This document shows, in pieces, positions 19,645 to 29,789 of a stretch of 64,000 nucleotides of DNA. Where the stretch lies: positions 103,998-167,997 of the IMG/VR virus record IMGVR_UViG_3300049215_000227. The stretch is one strand, 5' to 3'. Numbering within the stretch: position 1 is the first letter of the stretch; each line of letters starts with the position of its first letter. Under the pieces are notes generated by a model, which ran no database searches, was not told where the DNA came from, and saw nothing but the letters and a program-made list of their open reading frames with translations. This DNA comes from a virus (lineage: Duplodnaviria > Heunggongvirae > Uroviricota > Caudoviricetes). A program made the translations under genes and the position numbers.

Positions 19645-20219
19645 GTGAAGCAGCTTTCTTAGCGTTTGACTGTGAGTCAGGCGGCATCGGTGATGAGGTC
19701 TCCCTTCTGTCCGTTTACTTTGCCGTGTGCGACAAGGACTGGAACGTCCTTGACGAGTTGGATCTCCTAATCAAGCCCAACGACAAGGATGAGACTGGTA
19801 GCACTTTATATAAGGTTACGGCCAGCGCGCTTGAGATCAACAAGATCGACTTGATCAAGCACGACGAGGTTGCTATCACCTACAGCGAGGCTGGTCAGCA
19901 AGTCCGCAACTTCCTATGGAAGTACAGCGAGAACGGCAAAATCAAGCTGGTTCCTATGGGTAAGAACATCAAGGGCGACGTCGACTGGATCAACGGCAGC
20001 ATCCTTGGAGCCAAAGCGTGGAATCAGTTCGTCTCTTACAGGCTGTACGACCTAACTGGTCTAATCATCTACTTGAAGCGCAAAGGTAAGCTTCCTGCTA
20101 ATGCTCCTGAGTCGCTGGAAGGATTCGCAACCAGCATCGGCATCTCGTTTCAAGCACACACAGCTAAGGGAGATACCTTGGCCGGCATCGACGTGGTGAA
20201 GTACCTAGAGAGCTTGTGA
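19641..20219 (+). CDS. DEDD 3'-5' exonuclease (DnaQ-like)
   Basis: Exo I FDCESGG and Exo III HTAKGDTLA (HxAxxD). Confidence 0.55.
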   Translation: MSEAAFLAFDCESGGIGDEVSLLSVYFAVCDKDWNVLDELDLLIKPNDKDETGSTLYKVTASALEINKIDLIKHDEVAITYSEAGQQVRNFLWKYSENGKIKLVPMGKNIKGDVDWINGSILGAKAWNQFVSYRLYDLTGLIIYLKRKGKLPANAPESLEGFATSIGISFQAHTAKGDTLAGIDVVKYLESL

Positions 20220-20416
20220 CATATTCGTTCAACTTTGTACTTAAACAAACCGGCACCGGAGAGTGGACTATCTTCTCTGAGAAGGGTCACGCTCTTCACG
20301 TGCTGTCTCGCGTTTCCGATCAGAGCGATGCTGAATCGAGGGCGAGAGCATGGGCTTCCTCCTGGAATTCCGTTAACATAAGGGTTGAGGATGGCAAGAA
20401 TAAGCAAGGAAATTGA
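20216..20416 (+). CDS. hypothetical protein
   Basis: 66 aa. Confidence 0.3.
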   Translation: MTYSFNFVLKQTGTGEWTIFSEKGHALHVLSRVSDQSDAESRARAWASSWNSVNIRVEDGKNKQGN

Positions 20417-20687
20417 GTGCATTGCAAGACTTGAGGAGCTGAGTGGCGGCTCGCAAGACATGATCCTGGAGTTTCTAACTCAGGAAAGTCTTGTGAGTAA
20501 GGAAGAGCGAAAAGCCATGCTGTCGTCCTCGGACGTCGCCAAGGCGCTGCATACACATCTCGGACGCTTGCAGCGAGACAACAAGCTTCAGCTACTGGAG
20601 TACGAGTGGATCATGCTCCCAGTTGAGCGCGTCAAGATCACCATCATCACGGATCGCAACAACAAAGAGTTCTCGTATAACTTTTGA
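20385..20687 (+). CDS. hypothetical protein
   Basis: 100 aa. Confidence 0.35.
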   Translation: MRMARISKEIECIARLEELSGGSQDMILEFLTQESLVSKEERKAMLSSSDVAKALHTHLGRLQRDNKLQLLEYEWIMLPVERVKITIITDRNNKEFSYNF

Positions 20688-20693
20688 GGTTTT

Positions 20694-21065
20694 ATGAAGG
20701 GCCAAAAAGAAGCCGTAATTGAAATTGTCAAGATCCTGCTGCCTACGTTCAGACCGTATAAGGACATAGCTCTGGTCATGCTTACCAAGCAGCAGCTGGA
20801 GGATCTCAAGCACCAGATCGGTCAAGGCATCTACCTTGGCCAGATCGAGTACAGTAAGGACGCCAGTAATGGCCCAGAAGTCTTCTCTTATGCTCGTTCT
20901 ATGGTGATGAACCATCTCAAGAAGGCTAGAGAACTGAACGGAAATCAGGTTTACGGGTCATCTGCGGCTGTGGTACAATCAGCTAAAGAAGAGAAGAAGA
21001 TGTCCGCTCTAAACGTAGACATCCTCTCCGATGACCTCAAGGCTTTCGTCAAGACGCTTGTATAA
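20694..21065 (+). CDS. hypothetical protein
   Basis: 123 aa. Confidence 0.4.
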   Translation: MKGQKEAVIEIVKILLPTFRPYKDIALVMLTKQQLEDLKHQIGQGIYLGQIEYSKDASNGPEVFSYARSMVMNHLKKARELNGNQVYGSSAAVVQSAKEEKKMSALNVDILSDDLKAFVKTLV

Positions 21066-21109
21066 CAAACGATGCGCGCATAGGGCGCTCGGCAATAGAG
21101 ACGAGGCTG

Positions 21110-21403
21110 TTGATGTCTAGACGTCAAACGTCCAGGGTTGTCCCTGGCGCTCCTACAATTTCACGACGCAGGGATCGAGCAACGGCGGCTCATCTGGCTC
21201 ATAACCAGAAAGGTGTACTAGATTCGACTTCTAGCCCTGCAACCATTCCACCAAAAGACGATATCACCATGGTATATGCCTTGAAACTGCTCAAGGTTTT
21301 ACTGTGGAAACTAGGCATTATCAAAGCTACCCCTGATGAGATGGAGTTCTTCCTTGCGCTGATAAGCGCTGACGAGATCTATTACGCTAGGAAGTTTACA
21401 TGA
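21110..21403 (+). CDS. hypothetical protein
   Basis: 97 aa. Confidence 0.3.
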   Translation: MMSRRQTSRVVPGAPTISRRRDRATAAHLAHNQKGVLDSTSSPATIPPKDDITMVYALKLLKVLLWKLGIIKATPDEMEFFLALISADEIYYARKFT

Positions 21404-21509
21404 GAGTGATAGAGAGGATCTACGCTCGACTGTTCAACGAGATGGACGAGTATCATCGCGACTCCCTACTTGAACTGCTGCGAAAACTAGAAGTGATAGA
21501 GGCATCAGA

Positions 21510-21800
21510 ATGAAACTCATCAGCACTCAAGATGGAGTTGAGGTTGACATAACTCACTGCGATGCTGGTTATCCCCCGGGTGCATGTGACGTCAGTCTGC
21601 TTCAAAACAAGATGGCTGTGTGGTTTAAACTTGAGCAACCAGATGCTAAGTGGGTGCGCAGCAAGTATCGCAGCGCTATAAGAACGGCACACGAGATCCG
21701 CCATCTTGACGCCAAGGATTTGCATACCCTCTCAGACCAAAATCCTGATCTTAATATAACGCATGAGCAAAAAGAATCCGGTCCAACGTCCACTGCGTGA
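21510..21800 (+). CDS. hypothetical protein
   Basis: 96 aa. Confidence 0.4.
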   Translation: MKLISTQDGVEVDITHCDAGYPPGACDVSLLQNKMAVWFKLEQPDAKWVRSKYRSAIRTAHEIRHLDAKDLHTLSDQNPDLNITHEQKESGPTSTA

Positions 21801-22122
21801 TCCAGATCACATTAGCAAGCGTGGAGTTCCCTATTGGTGGGCTCCAGAGTGGACTAGAGCTACGAACTCTACCGGCTCATCTTACGGCAAGATCAAGGCA
21901 ATCCGCGAGAAGGGTTGCAGCCACACCAACAAGAAGCTCTGCCATTGTGAAGACACTGTGAATCTTTACATGGTGTCTAAAGACGGCAATCTCACGTACA
22001 TTCAAGGTTCCATTCAGCAAGAGTTCAAGGACTGGCATGCCGACAGGCAGATCGACTACATTTTACTAGGCGAGACTCCTGAGAGTGCGTCTGACCTTAT
22101 CATCAACGAGACGGAGGAGTGA
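21763..22122 (+). CDS. hypothetical protein
   Basis: 119 aa. Confidence 0.4.
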   Translation: MSKKNPVQRPLRDPDHISKRGVPYWWAPEWTRATNSTGSSYGKIKAIREKGCSHTNKKLCHCEDTVNLYMVSKDGNLTYIQGSIQQEFKDWHADRQIDYILLGETPESASDLIINETEE

Positions 22123-22565
22123 TGAGTTTAGAGAGAAAGAAAGAGATTCAGAAGAGAATGGCAGAGCTTCAGCAGGAGTTCGCTACCCTCAACAACGAGA
22201 AGAAAACTATCGAGATTGAGGAGCAAGCGGTTGCAGCTCGCGCCAAGTATGCCGACTACAAGTTCAAGGTCGGTCTGTACGGCTACAAGCTGTACGAAGA
22301 GAGCGAGATCAAGGAAGTCTCGGACAGCGATCGTGAGGACGCTAAGATCGGCTCAAGCGGTCTTGCTTATTCCGGAGCGGATAGCAAGGACGGCTTCTGC
22401 TACATCCTTCTCAAGAACAGGGAAGACCACTCGCGCGTGAAGCGCGTGCTCGTTCTGCTCGAAGCAGCCCACCAGCTTGCTAACGAGAAGGAGCGAGACA
22501 AAGAGAAATACATCAAGATCCTTTTAGGAGAAACTAATGGCGAAGATCCGGTTCAAGGGAACTAA
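22119..22565 (+). CDS. coiled-coil protein
   Basis: 148 aa, with heptad-like sequence at the N-terminus. Confidence 0.45.
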   Translation: MMSLERKKEIQKRMAELQQEFATLNNEKKTIEIEEQAVAARAKYADYKFKVGLYGYKLYEESEIKEVSDSDREDAKIGSSGLAYSGADSKDGFCYILLKNREDHSRVKRVLVLLEAAHQLANEKERDKEKYIKILLGETNGEDPVQGN

Positions 22566-22755
22566 CGTTCACAGCTCGGTAAGTCACGTCACGTTCGTGG
22601 CGGACTACTGCCCCAACACGTTCGAGGTGAACGGGGTACAAGCTGAACATAGCGGTCATGAATTGCCTCCAACAGAAGTCTGGATGGAGAACGCTCTCAG
22701 TCACGCGCGTGACTTGATGAGGAGAAAAGTCGAATGCCAATCAAGGGAGTCTTAA
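22537..22755 (+). CDS. hypothetical protein
   Basis: 72 aa. Confidence 0.35.
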   Translation: MAKIRFKGTNVHSSVSHVTFVADYCPNTFEVNGVQAEHSGHELPPTEVWMENALSHARDLMRRKVECQSRES

Positions 22756-23939
22756 ACAAAGCCCGTGTACCAGTCAAGATCTGGTCTGACATTTCCACTG
22801 TGGAAAGCGCTGCGTTGGATCAGCTCACCAACACAGCAAACTTGCCATTCGTCTTTAAGCACGTTGCGGCCATGCCAGACGTGCATCTCGGCAAGGGAGC
22901 AACTGTTGGATCTGTTATTGCTACTAAAGGTGCTATCTGTCCGGCAGCCGTCGGAGTTGATATCGGCTGCGGGATGGCAGCAGTACGTACCGACTTGGAC
23001 CCAAACGTCGTCCGCGACAAGATCACAGCAATCCGACTCTCGATTGAAAGGTCAATACCAGTCGGTCACGAAGGCAATAATAAGCTTACAAAGTCCGTCG
23101 AGCAGTGGAAGCTCTGGCAAGACTGGCAAAACCTAACCGTTATTGGTCACAACTCTTCAGACACAGCCGACATGTACAAGCGCGCTCGATCGCAGCTTGG
23201 CTCGTTGGGTGGAGGCAATCACTTCATTGAGATCTGCCTTGATACTCAGGACAGAGTGTGGGTGATGCTGCATTCTGGCTCCCGCAACGTGGGTAAGGTT
23301 GTCGCTGAGCGCCACATCGATAAAGCTAAGGACCTCATGAAGACAATGTTCATCAGTCTTCCTGACCCTGACCTAGCGTACTTTGCTCAGGGAACCCAAG
23401 ACTTCCAGAACTATCTGGCTGATCTTGAGTGGTGCCAGGAGTATGCTGCTCAGAACCGCAGGGAGATGATGCAGCGCGTTCTTAAGGATCTCAGCTACGC
23501 CGTGTACGGCGAGGACGGTCAGATCAACACTGATGTCAAGGTTAACTGCCACCACAACTACGTATCGAGGGAAGCCCACTATGGAGAAAACGTCCTCGTC
23601 ACAAGAAAGGGTGCTGTCAGAGCAAGAGAAGGAGATCTTAGTATTATCCCTGGTTCCATGGGTACTCGCTCTTACATCGTACGGGGACTTGGCAACCAGG
23701 ATTCGTTTTGCTCGTGCAGTCACGGTGCCGGCCGCGCAATGTCTCGTGGCGAGGCTAAGCGTACTTTCACTCTCAAGGATCTCGAAGAGCAAACTCGAGG
23801 GGTCGAATGCAGAAAGGACGAGGGAGTGCTTGACGAGATACCAGGAGCTTACAAGCCGATTGATCAGGTTATGGCAAACCAGACGGACCTCGTTGAAGTC
23901 CTTCATGAGCTACGACAGATAATGTGTATCAAGGGATGA
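22734..23939 (+). CDS. rtcB: RtcB-family RNA ligase (3'-phosphate/2',3'-cyclic phosphate RNA ligase)
   Basis: 401 aa with GGGNHFIEIC, CHHNY, and metal-binding His residues in RtcB order. The length is typical. Confidence 0.8.
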   Translation: MPIKGVLNKARVPVKIWSDISTVESAALDQLTNTANLPFVFKHVAAMPDVHLGKGATVGSVIATKGAICPAAVGVDIGCGMAAVRTDLDPNVVRDKITAIRLSIERSIPVGHEGNNKLTKSVEQWKLWQDWQNLTVIGHNSSDTADMYKRARSQLGSLGGGNHFIEICLDTQDRVWVMLHSGSRNVGKVVAERHIDKAKDLMKTMFISLPDPDLAYFAQGTQDFQNYLADLEWCQEYAAQNRREMMQRVLKDLSYAVYGEDGQINTDVKVNCHHNYVSREAHYGENVLVTRKGAVRAREGDLSIIPGSMGTRSYIVRGLGNQDSFCSCSHGAGRAMSRGEAKRTFTLKDLEEQTRGVECRKDEGVLDEIPGAYKPIDQVMANQTDLVEVLHELRQIMCIKG

Positions 23940-24075
23940 TATGAGAGATTATCTTCGAGTGTTCCTAATTGGAGTTTTGATCGCCATGGTGCTTGGCTAC
24001 ACCTTGCTCATGGGTCTTGAGATCATGTCAAAGTTTCTGTCTGTAATCATAAGTTATCAAATGTAAGGAGAAAAT

Positions 24076-24288
24076 ATGAGAGCGATTCTTTTCGTAGTGG
24101 TCTTGTTGGGATTGGTCGGTTGTGCTAGCACTCAGGTTACTGAGTACAATCAAGGTTGCCGTGACGGCGTAGCTGATCGCGCCGGCCGCTCGTTCACCAG
24201 TGAAACTGAGTTGAACAACTACTGCGACTTGAAAGACGCGCAGCATCGCCGCAGCGAGCGTATGATCGAAGGACGCAGCCGAAACTAA
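24076..24288 (+). CDS. small lipoprotein
   Basis: MRAILFVVVLLGLVGCAST lipobox. Confidence 0.45.
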   Translation: MRAILFVVVLLGLVGCASTQVTEYNQGCRDGVADRAGRSFTSETELNNYCDLKDAQHRRSERMIEGRSRN

Positions 24289-24701
24289 TGTTTTGGAGAA
24301 AGCCCAAGGAAGTTCCAGTTGAAGTAGAAAAACTAGAACCTGAGCAGCATTTAGAATACGACGAGATGACGTTTGATGTGGGCGTCACCACGGTGCTAGT
24401 TATATTCGACGACAACAGAGAAGTCCATACTAAGATATACGGTGAAGTTGACCAATACGTTGACTATCCCAGTTATGGACGAAAAACTTACAGGGTTAAC
24501 ACTCCATCCATATGGACGTCCGAAGAAAAGTATCGGCATTGGTTGCAGCATACTAAGCCAGACGAGTTTGTTAAGGTTCTCGACGACCCCATGACGCCAG
24601 AGATAGCGTGGTGCGGTAGGATCATCCACCTGGAAAAGGTGGAGACTCAAAAGCATGAGATTAAATACCAAGTTGCTCGCATCGTAGAGGGTAGCAAATG
24701 A
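24288..24701 (+). CDS. hypothetical protein
   Basis: 137 aa. Confidence 0.45.
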   Translation: MFWRKPKEVPVEVEKLEPEQHLEYDEMTFDVGVTTVLVIFDDNREVHTKIYGEVDQYVDYPSYGRKTYRVNTPSIWTSEEKYRHWLQHTKPDEFVKVLDDPMTPEIAWCGRIIHLEKVETQKHEIKYQVARIVEGSK

Positions 24702-25141
24702 TCGTTTACAAACAGGGAGATCTGCTTGCCAATCTTGAAGAGAAGCGTATCGCTCATGGGTGCAACTGCTCAGGCGGATTCGGAAGTGGCTTTGCGAAAC
24801 AAGTGTCTGAGCTTTATCCGAGCGTCCGAGAAGCCTACTTGCATAGGTTTAATACTAGAGGGTGGAAGCTCGGAGAGGTACAGATTCTGGGCGTCGGTGA
24901 CGGTTCAGGAAGAGAGATTGCTAACTGTGCTACCCAGCAGCGCTACGGTAAGCCAGATGAAGGGCCTTACGTCTCTTATCCTGCTATTAGACAAGTTATC
25001 CGTGACCTCTCCAACTCCTGGCCGGGTGGTTTTGCCATTCCCAAGATTGGAGCAGGTCTCGCTGGAGGTAACTGGGAAATCATTGAGCGAATTATTCAAG
25101 AGGAGTCAGGATCAGTAGAAGTTAGAGTGTACATCCTATGA
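24698..25141 (+). CDS. macro-domain protein (OARD1/TARG1-like ADP-ribose hydrolase)
   Basis: IVYKQGDLLANLEEKRIAHGCNCSGGFGSGFAKQV matches the TARG1-type macro N-terminus (GDLF...HC.S.D...G.GIA). Confidence 0.55.
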   Translation: MIVYKQGDLLANLEEKRIAHGCNCSGGFGSGFAKQVSELYPSVREAYLHRFNTRGWKLGEVQILGVGDGSGREIANCATQQRYGKPDEGPYVSYPAIRQVIRDLSNSWPGGFAIPKIGAGLAGGNWEIIERIIQEESGSVEVRVYIL

Positions 25142-25270
25142 AACTCTGGATTCTGATCTTATCTGTTCTCGTCGCGGGATGCACAGTGGTTCGCATCAAC
25201 GTCATGACTTATTGTCACACGAAGGACGGCTATTACCTGATAGACGACCCTCACTGTCAGGAGAAGAAGG

Positions 25271-26101
25271 ATGATTAGAGTAGTAACTGATGACGGTTTG
25301 GCGTACAACATCGTCCCCACTATGTTTCCAGATGGCACATCTCAAGTCTGGAAGCTGCCAGAAGACCTTCTGAAGTCGCGCATCCTGGAAGTTACCTGGA
25401 ACTTTGAGAGTGAGCGCGAGATCATTGACCTACTCTCGCTTAGAAAGATTCAGCGCGGTCAATGGTATCTCCACATCCCTTTCCTCCCTTACGGACGCCA
25501 AGACAAAGAAGCGAGCAACACGTCGACGTTCAACCTCAGAGTATTTGCAGACTTAGTTAATCTGCTTGACTGCGCGGAGGTAACCTCAGTTGACTCCCAC
25601 AATCCAGAGGTTACTGGGCAGCTCATCAAGAACTTTACCAACGTCCCAGTGACCGCGCTGCACAAGTTGCTGGTCGATGAGACCCAGCCGGACTACCTCG
25701 TGTATCCTGACTTAGGCGCAAAGAACCGCTACTACACCTCTGACTTCTCCAGCATACCTCGCGTCATCTTCTACAAGGAGCGCGACCAGCTGACCGGTCA
25801 GATCACCGGACACACCCTATCGTACAGAGACGCTCAAGGCATCACCATCCAAGGCGCTGACATGGGCAAGATCGCTAGACCTGGACAGCGCTTCCTAATC
25901 GTTGATGACCTATGCGACGGTGGAGCTACATTCATCAGCATCGCGAGGAAGCTTCGCGAGCAGATTCCCGGCATCGAGATCGACCTGTTCGTGACTCATG
26001 GTGTCTTCAGTAAAGGTCGAGACATCCTTACAACTAACGGAATCAACAGAGTGTATACTACTAACAGCTTAACCAAAAACGGAGATGGATACAAAGTATG
26101 A
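25271..26101 (+). CDS. PRPP-synthetase-family pyrophosphokinase (candidate Adps of NARP1)
   Basis: 276 aa with the PRPP-binding loop FLIVDDLCDGGATF. Lies directly upstream of, and translationally coupled to, the NAMPT-like gene. Confidence 0.65.
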   Translation: MIRVVTDDGLAYNIVPTMFPDGTSQVWKLPEDLLKSRILEVTWNFESEREIIDLLSLRKIQRGQWYLHIPFLPYGRQDKEASNTSTFNLRVFADLVNLLDCAEVTSVDSHNPEVTGQLIKNFTNVPVTALHKLLVDETQPDYLVYPDLGAKNRYYTSDFSSIPRVIFYKERDQLTGQITGHTLSYRDAQGITIQGADMGKIARPGQRFLIVDDLCDGGATFISIARKLREQIPGIEIDLFVTHGVFSKGRDILTTNGINRVYTTNSLTKNGDGYKV

Positions 26102-27564
26102 AGATCAGACCTACGAACCTCAAAGACGGATATAAAACTGACCACCGCCGCCAGTACCCAGAGAACACCTCGCTGGTGTACTCAAACCTGACGGCACGCG
26201 CTTCGCGCGACCCTCGCTACACGCACGTGGTTCCGTTTGGGTTCCAAGCGTTCGTGCAGGAGCTGAAGGATAACTTCGACAAGGAGTTCTTTCAACTGCC
26301 GAAAAGCCAAGCGGTGTCAGCGTACAAGCGCCGTCTGGACACGTACCTAGGTCCTGGTGCAGTCCCTGTCGATCACATCGAAGCTCTCCATGACCTTGGC
26401 TACCTGCCGCTCCACATCAAGGCTCTTCCTGAGGGATCGCTCTGCCCGATCGGCGTTCCGATGTTCACCATCGTGAACACGAATAAGAACTTCTACTGGC
26501 TCACCAACGACCTCGAGACGCTCATCTCCACTGAGACCTGGAAGCCTATCACCAACGCGACGATCGCGTTTGAGTACCGCAAGGTCCTCCAAGGCGCGTG
26601 CATGCGCACCAACCCGGAGATGATCGAGTTCGTTCCTTGGCAAGGACACGACTTCTCCTTCCGCGGCATGGATGGCGTGAGCTCGGCAGCTCGCTCTGGT
26701 GCTGCTCACTTGCTGAGCTTCACCGGCACGGACACGATCCCAGCTATCGACTTCCTCGAGCAATACTACTGTGCGGACGCCGAGAAGGAGCTCATCGGAG
26801 GCTCTGTTCCTGCTACCGAGCACTCGGTCATGTGCATGGGCGGCCAGGAGACTGAGTTAGAGACGTTCAAGCGCCTCATCAACGATGTCTATCCTAGCGG
26901 CATCGTCTCCATCGTCTCCGACACGTGGGACTACTGGGACACGCTCACCAATAAAGCAGCTCTCCTCAAGAACGACATCATGGCCCGCAACGGTAAGGTC
27001 GTATTCCGCCCTGACTCCGGCGATCCCGTAAAGATCGTCTGCGGTGACCCTGATGCTCCCGTCGGTAGTCCGCAGCACAAAGGTTCGATCCAAGTGCTAT
27101 GGGACCTGTTCGGAGGTACGACAACCTCTACCGGTTATAAGCAGCTCGACTCGCATGTTGGCCTCATCTATGGTGACTCCATCACGCTGGAGCGCGCAGA
27201 AGCGATCGTTAACGGACTGGCGGCGAAAGGATTTGCTTCCACCAACGTGGTCTTCGGCATCGGGAGCTTCACCTATCAGTACAACACCCGCGACACGTTC
27301 GGCATGGCCATCAAGGCAACCTACGGTCGCATCGGCGATGCTCCAGTTGATCTCTTCAAGAACCCTAAGACGGACTCAGGAATGAAGAAGTCGGCTAAGG
27401 GATTGCTGCGAGTAAACGCTGACTTCTCGCTCAGTCAGCAGGTCACCCCGGAAGAGGAGAAGCAGGGCTTGTTGCAGACCATCTTCCTCGACGGCAACTT
27501 CGAGAACGTCCAGACGCTTGCTCAGATCAGGGCTCGTCTACTCAGCAACCTGAATGCTAAGTAA
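26098..27564 (+). CDS. nicotinamide phosphoribosyltransferase-family enzyme (NAMPT/NadV-like; candidate Namat)
   Basis: 488 aa, the NAMPT size. Fold-wide similarity (GTDT, SVPATEHS, GIGSFTYQ). The start overlaps the upstream stop (ATGA). Confidence 0.7.
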   Translation: MKIRPTNLKDGYKTDHRRQYPENTSLVYSNLTARASRDPRYTHVVPFGFQAFVQELKDNFDKEFFQLPKSQAVSAYKRRLDTYLGPGAVPVDHIEALHDLGYLPLHIKALPEGSLCPIGVPMFTIVNTNKNFYWLTNDLETLISTETWKPITNATIAFEYRKVLQGACMRTNPEMIEFVPWQGHDFSFRGMDGVSSAARSGAAHLLSFTGTDTIPAIDFLEQYYCADAEKELIGGSVPATEHSVMCMGGQETELETFKRLINDVYPSGIVSIVSDTWDYWDTLTNKAALLKNDIMARNGKVVFRPDSGDPVKIVCGDPDAPVGSPQHKGSIQVLWDLFGGTTTSTGYKQLDSHVGLIYGDSITLERAEAIVNGLAAKGFASTNVVFGIGSFTYQYNTRDTFGMAIKATYGRIGDAPVDLFKNPKTDSGMKKSAKGLLRVNADFSLSQQVTPEEEKQGLLQTIFLDGNFENVQTLAQIRARLLSNLNAK

Positions 27565-27672
27565 GATTCTCGGACTGTTCAAATCTAAGCCGACTGCGGT
27601 TGAATCGTTTGCGATGGATTTGTACGTTCGACTGGATCTGCTTAAGCTGTTGAGAAAGCTGGACATAGCAAA

Positions 27673-27882
27673 ATGTCGAAGACCGTAACAATCAAGATGT
27701 CACGTGAGGATGCTCTTAAGTTTGGGCTCCTCACGTGCGGCAACTGCTATTGGCCACCAAACAATCACTTTGATTTTGGTGATAGGACTTGCGCCCATGA
27801 TTCTGAATGTAAGGGCTACAAAGAGGTTGCTCGCGTTGGCAAGCTGGTAAAACAAAGACGTGGTAAAACCCGGAAGATATAG
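27673..27882 (+). CDS. small Cys-rich protein
   Basis: CGNC...CAHDSEC. Confidence 0.35.
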   Translation: MSKTVTIKMSREDALKFGLLTCGNCYWPPNNHFDFGDRTCAHDSECKGYKEVARVGKLVKQRRGKTRKI

Positions 27883-28093
27883 GCATTACAGAGGCGGCAT
27901 ATACGTGGTTCTATTTACCGCTCAAGACTCGGTAACTGGGGCTCCTGTCGTCGTCTACATGAATGAAACTCATGGAACCTTCTACACGAGGCCAGTGAAG
28001 GAGTTCACCGCTGACGTGATGGTTGATTCTGAAGATGGCGGCATGCCAAGGTTTAAGCTCATAGATGGACATGAGAAAAATTACCCTAGATAA
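27860..28093 (+). CDS. DUF1653-family protein
   Basis: YRHYRGGIYVV...ETHGTFYTRPVKEF matches the DUF1653 consensus. Confidence 0.45.
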   Translation: MVKPGRYRHYRGGIYVVLFTAQDSVTGAPVVVYMNETHGTFYTRPVKEFTADVMVDSEDGGMPRFKLIDGHEKNYPR

Positions 28094-28328
28094 CCATGAC
28101 GTCTTCAGAAAGAGGCATACGCAGACCAACGCGAATGTCTCTTACTGGCACGACGAGTGGAGCTGTGAGGCACAAGTTCATCACCTAGCTGACCTAGTTG
28201 AAGTTGTAGGCAGTAAGAAGTCTAAGGTTAGGAAAAAGAACTTTGGCATCTCTAAGAGGGAAGCCAAGGTATCCAATCGTGACTTAGTCGATATCTGTCG
28301 CGGCTCCATCAACGGAAACTCGCCATGA
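28065..28328 (+). CDS. hypothetical protein
   Basis: 87 aa. Confidence 0.3.
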   Translation: MDMRKITLDNHDVFRKRHTQTNANVSYWHDEWSCEAQVHHLADLVEVVGSKKSKVRKKNFGISKREAKVSNRDLVDICRGSINGNSP

Positions 28329-28609
28329 AGAAGCCCAGGAAGAGAAGGTACTGGGACGACTACATCACGAGCGATCCCGGTGATGGCCTTGAGATAAATC
28401 GCTCGAACGACGCGAGGATGGTATCCAAGCGAAGTACAAGATACTCCATATTCGACGCGGACAATATCGCGGTTGAGTTGGAAGTATCTAAAGGTCGTCG
28501 CTCCTTCAAGAAGGTAAGCGTTCTCGGAGAGGTGCGGAAGGTAAACGCCTCTAAGACCAAGAATTTAAACAAGTATAAAGATCGCATGAATAACAGGAGA
28601 GGATTCTGA
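28325..28609 (+). CDS. hypothetical basic protein
   Basis: 94 aa. Confidence 0.35.
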   Translation: MKKPRKRRYWDDYITSDPGDGLEINRSNDARMVSKRSTRYSIFDADNIAVELEVSKGRRSFKKVSVLGEVRKVNASKTKNLNKYKDRMNNRRGF

Positions 28610-29601
28610 TGGCTGAGAACACCGAAGGCAAGTTCAAGATCAAGAAGATTACCAAGTTCGAAGACCTCGTTGAAGGCCAAGTTCTCGAGCTTCCTGAGTC
28701 CGACCTCTGCTTCCAGAACGAGACCCAGATCGTTCAGATGAAGTACGAGCGCCCTGAGGAAGACAAGAAGTATGAGATCAAGCCTGGAGTCTACACGTTC
28801 GTAGAGACCTCCGCAGGTCTCATCACTCAGAAGGTTGAGATCAAGAAGCGGGTTCTCCTCGAGTCGATCGACAACACCAAGCAGATCCTCAACGAGGCTC
28901 GCACCTTCTTCAACAAGCTTCACGTTTACGAGAAGCTCGGTCGCCCTAAGAAGCGTGGCGTTCTTCTCTATTCCAGCCCTGGCATGGGTAAGACCTCTGC
29001 CATCGAGAAGTTCTGCGGCGATGCCATGGCTGAGGATGCTGGCACGGTCGTAGTTATCTGGCCGACCTCGGACATCGAGGCTGACTCCGTTTGCCGCTTC
29101 CTCACGACTCGCTCTGAGTACACGGCTGAGTGCACCCGCTTGGTCCTCATCATCGAAGACATTGGCGGTGGCGAGCGCGACGGTGACCACGGTCGCATGG
29201 CCGTTGACTCCGGCCTATTGAACCTCCTCGACGGCGTCGGCGTGGTCTTCAAGCTCCCAACCTTCATCGTGGCGACCACCAACCACCCTGAGAATCTGCT
29301 TCAGTCGCTCGCCGATCGTCCTGGTCGCTTTGACCTCATGATGCAGCTCAGTCCTCCCAACCATCAAGAGAAGATTGCTCTCCTCACCTTCATCAGCAAG
29401 CGCGAGCTCAACGATGAGGAGAAGGAAGCGATCGGCATGAAGGGAACTGAGGAGTTCTCCATTGCCCACCTCGAGGAAGTGGCGGTCCGCGCTGAGCTCC
29501 ACGACAAGACTTACCGTCAGGTAATCGAGGAGCTCGTGAACCACTCTAAGAAGTACAAGCGTAACTTCGAGGACAAGCGCAGCCTCGGCCTCGGAATGTA
29601 A
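28609..29601 (+). CDS. AAA+ ATPase
   Basis: Walker A SPGMGKTS and Walker B LVLIIEDIGG. Confidence 0.55.
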   Translation: MAENTEGKFKIKKITKFEDLVEGQVLELPESDLCFQNETQIVQMKYERPEEDKKYEIKPGVYTFVETSAGLITQKVEIKKRVLLESIDNTKQILNEARTFFNKLHVYEKLGRPKKRGVLLYSSPGMGKTSAIEKFCGDAMAEDAGTVVVIWPTSDIEADSVCRFLTTRSEYTAECTRLVLIIEDIGGGERDGDHGRMAVDSGLLNLLDGVGVVFKLPTFIVATTNHPENLLQSLADRPGRFDLMMQLSPPNHQEKIALLTFISKRELNDEEKEAIGMKGTEEFSIAHLEEVAVRAELHDKTYRQVIEELVNHSKKYKRNFEDKRSLGLGM

Positions 29602-29789
29602 TGTGGGACGACTACGAAGGTTGGATTTACCACAATAAAGACGAAGAGCACTGGGAGCGATTTCGAGACAGCAAGATATACATAGTTCATAACTTATTAG
29701 ATTTCTTATTTAAACTAAGAATTATGAAGGATGTAGAAACGCATTACGACGCTGCGGGCTTCGTAGATAGGCACTGGAAACATGAATGA
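29601..29789 (+). CDS. hypothetical protein
   Basis: 62 aa. Confidence 0.3.
   Translation: MWDDYEGWIYHNKDEEHWERFRDSKIYIVHNLLDFLFKLRIMKDVETHYDAAGFVDRHWKHE

Noticed and set aside
26347-27385. Antisense or alternative-frame ORFs inside the NAMPT-like gene (26347..26823-, 26598..26855+, 26857..27093-, 27044..27385+)
   Set aside because: The gene is GC-rich and produces shadow ORFs. The NAMPT-like frame has the coherent fold-wide similarity.
28360-29544. Antisense ORFs 28360..29190(-), 28968..29282(-), 29215..29544(-) opposite the AAA+ ATPase
   Set aside because: Same shadow-ORF argument. The plus frame has Walker motifs and an RBS.
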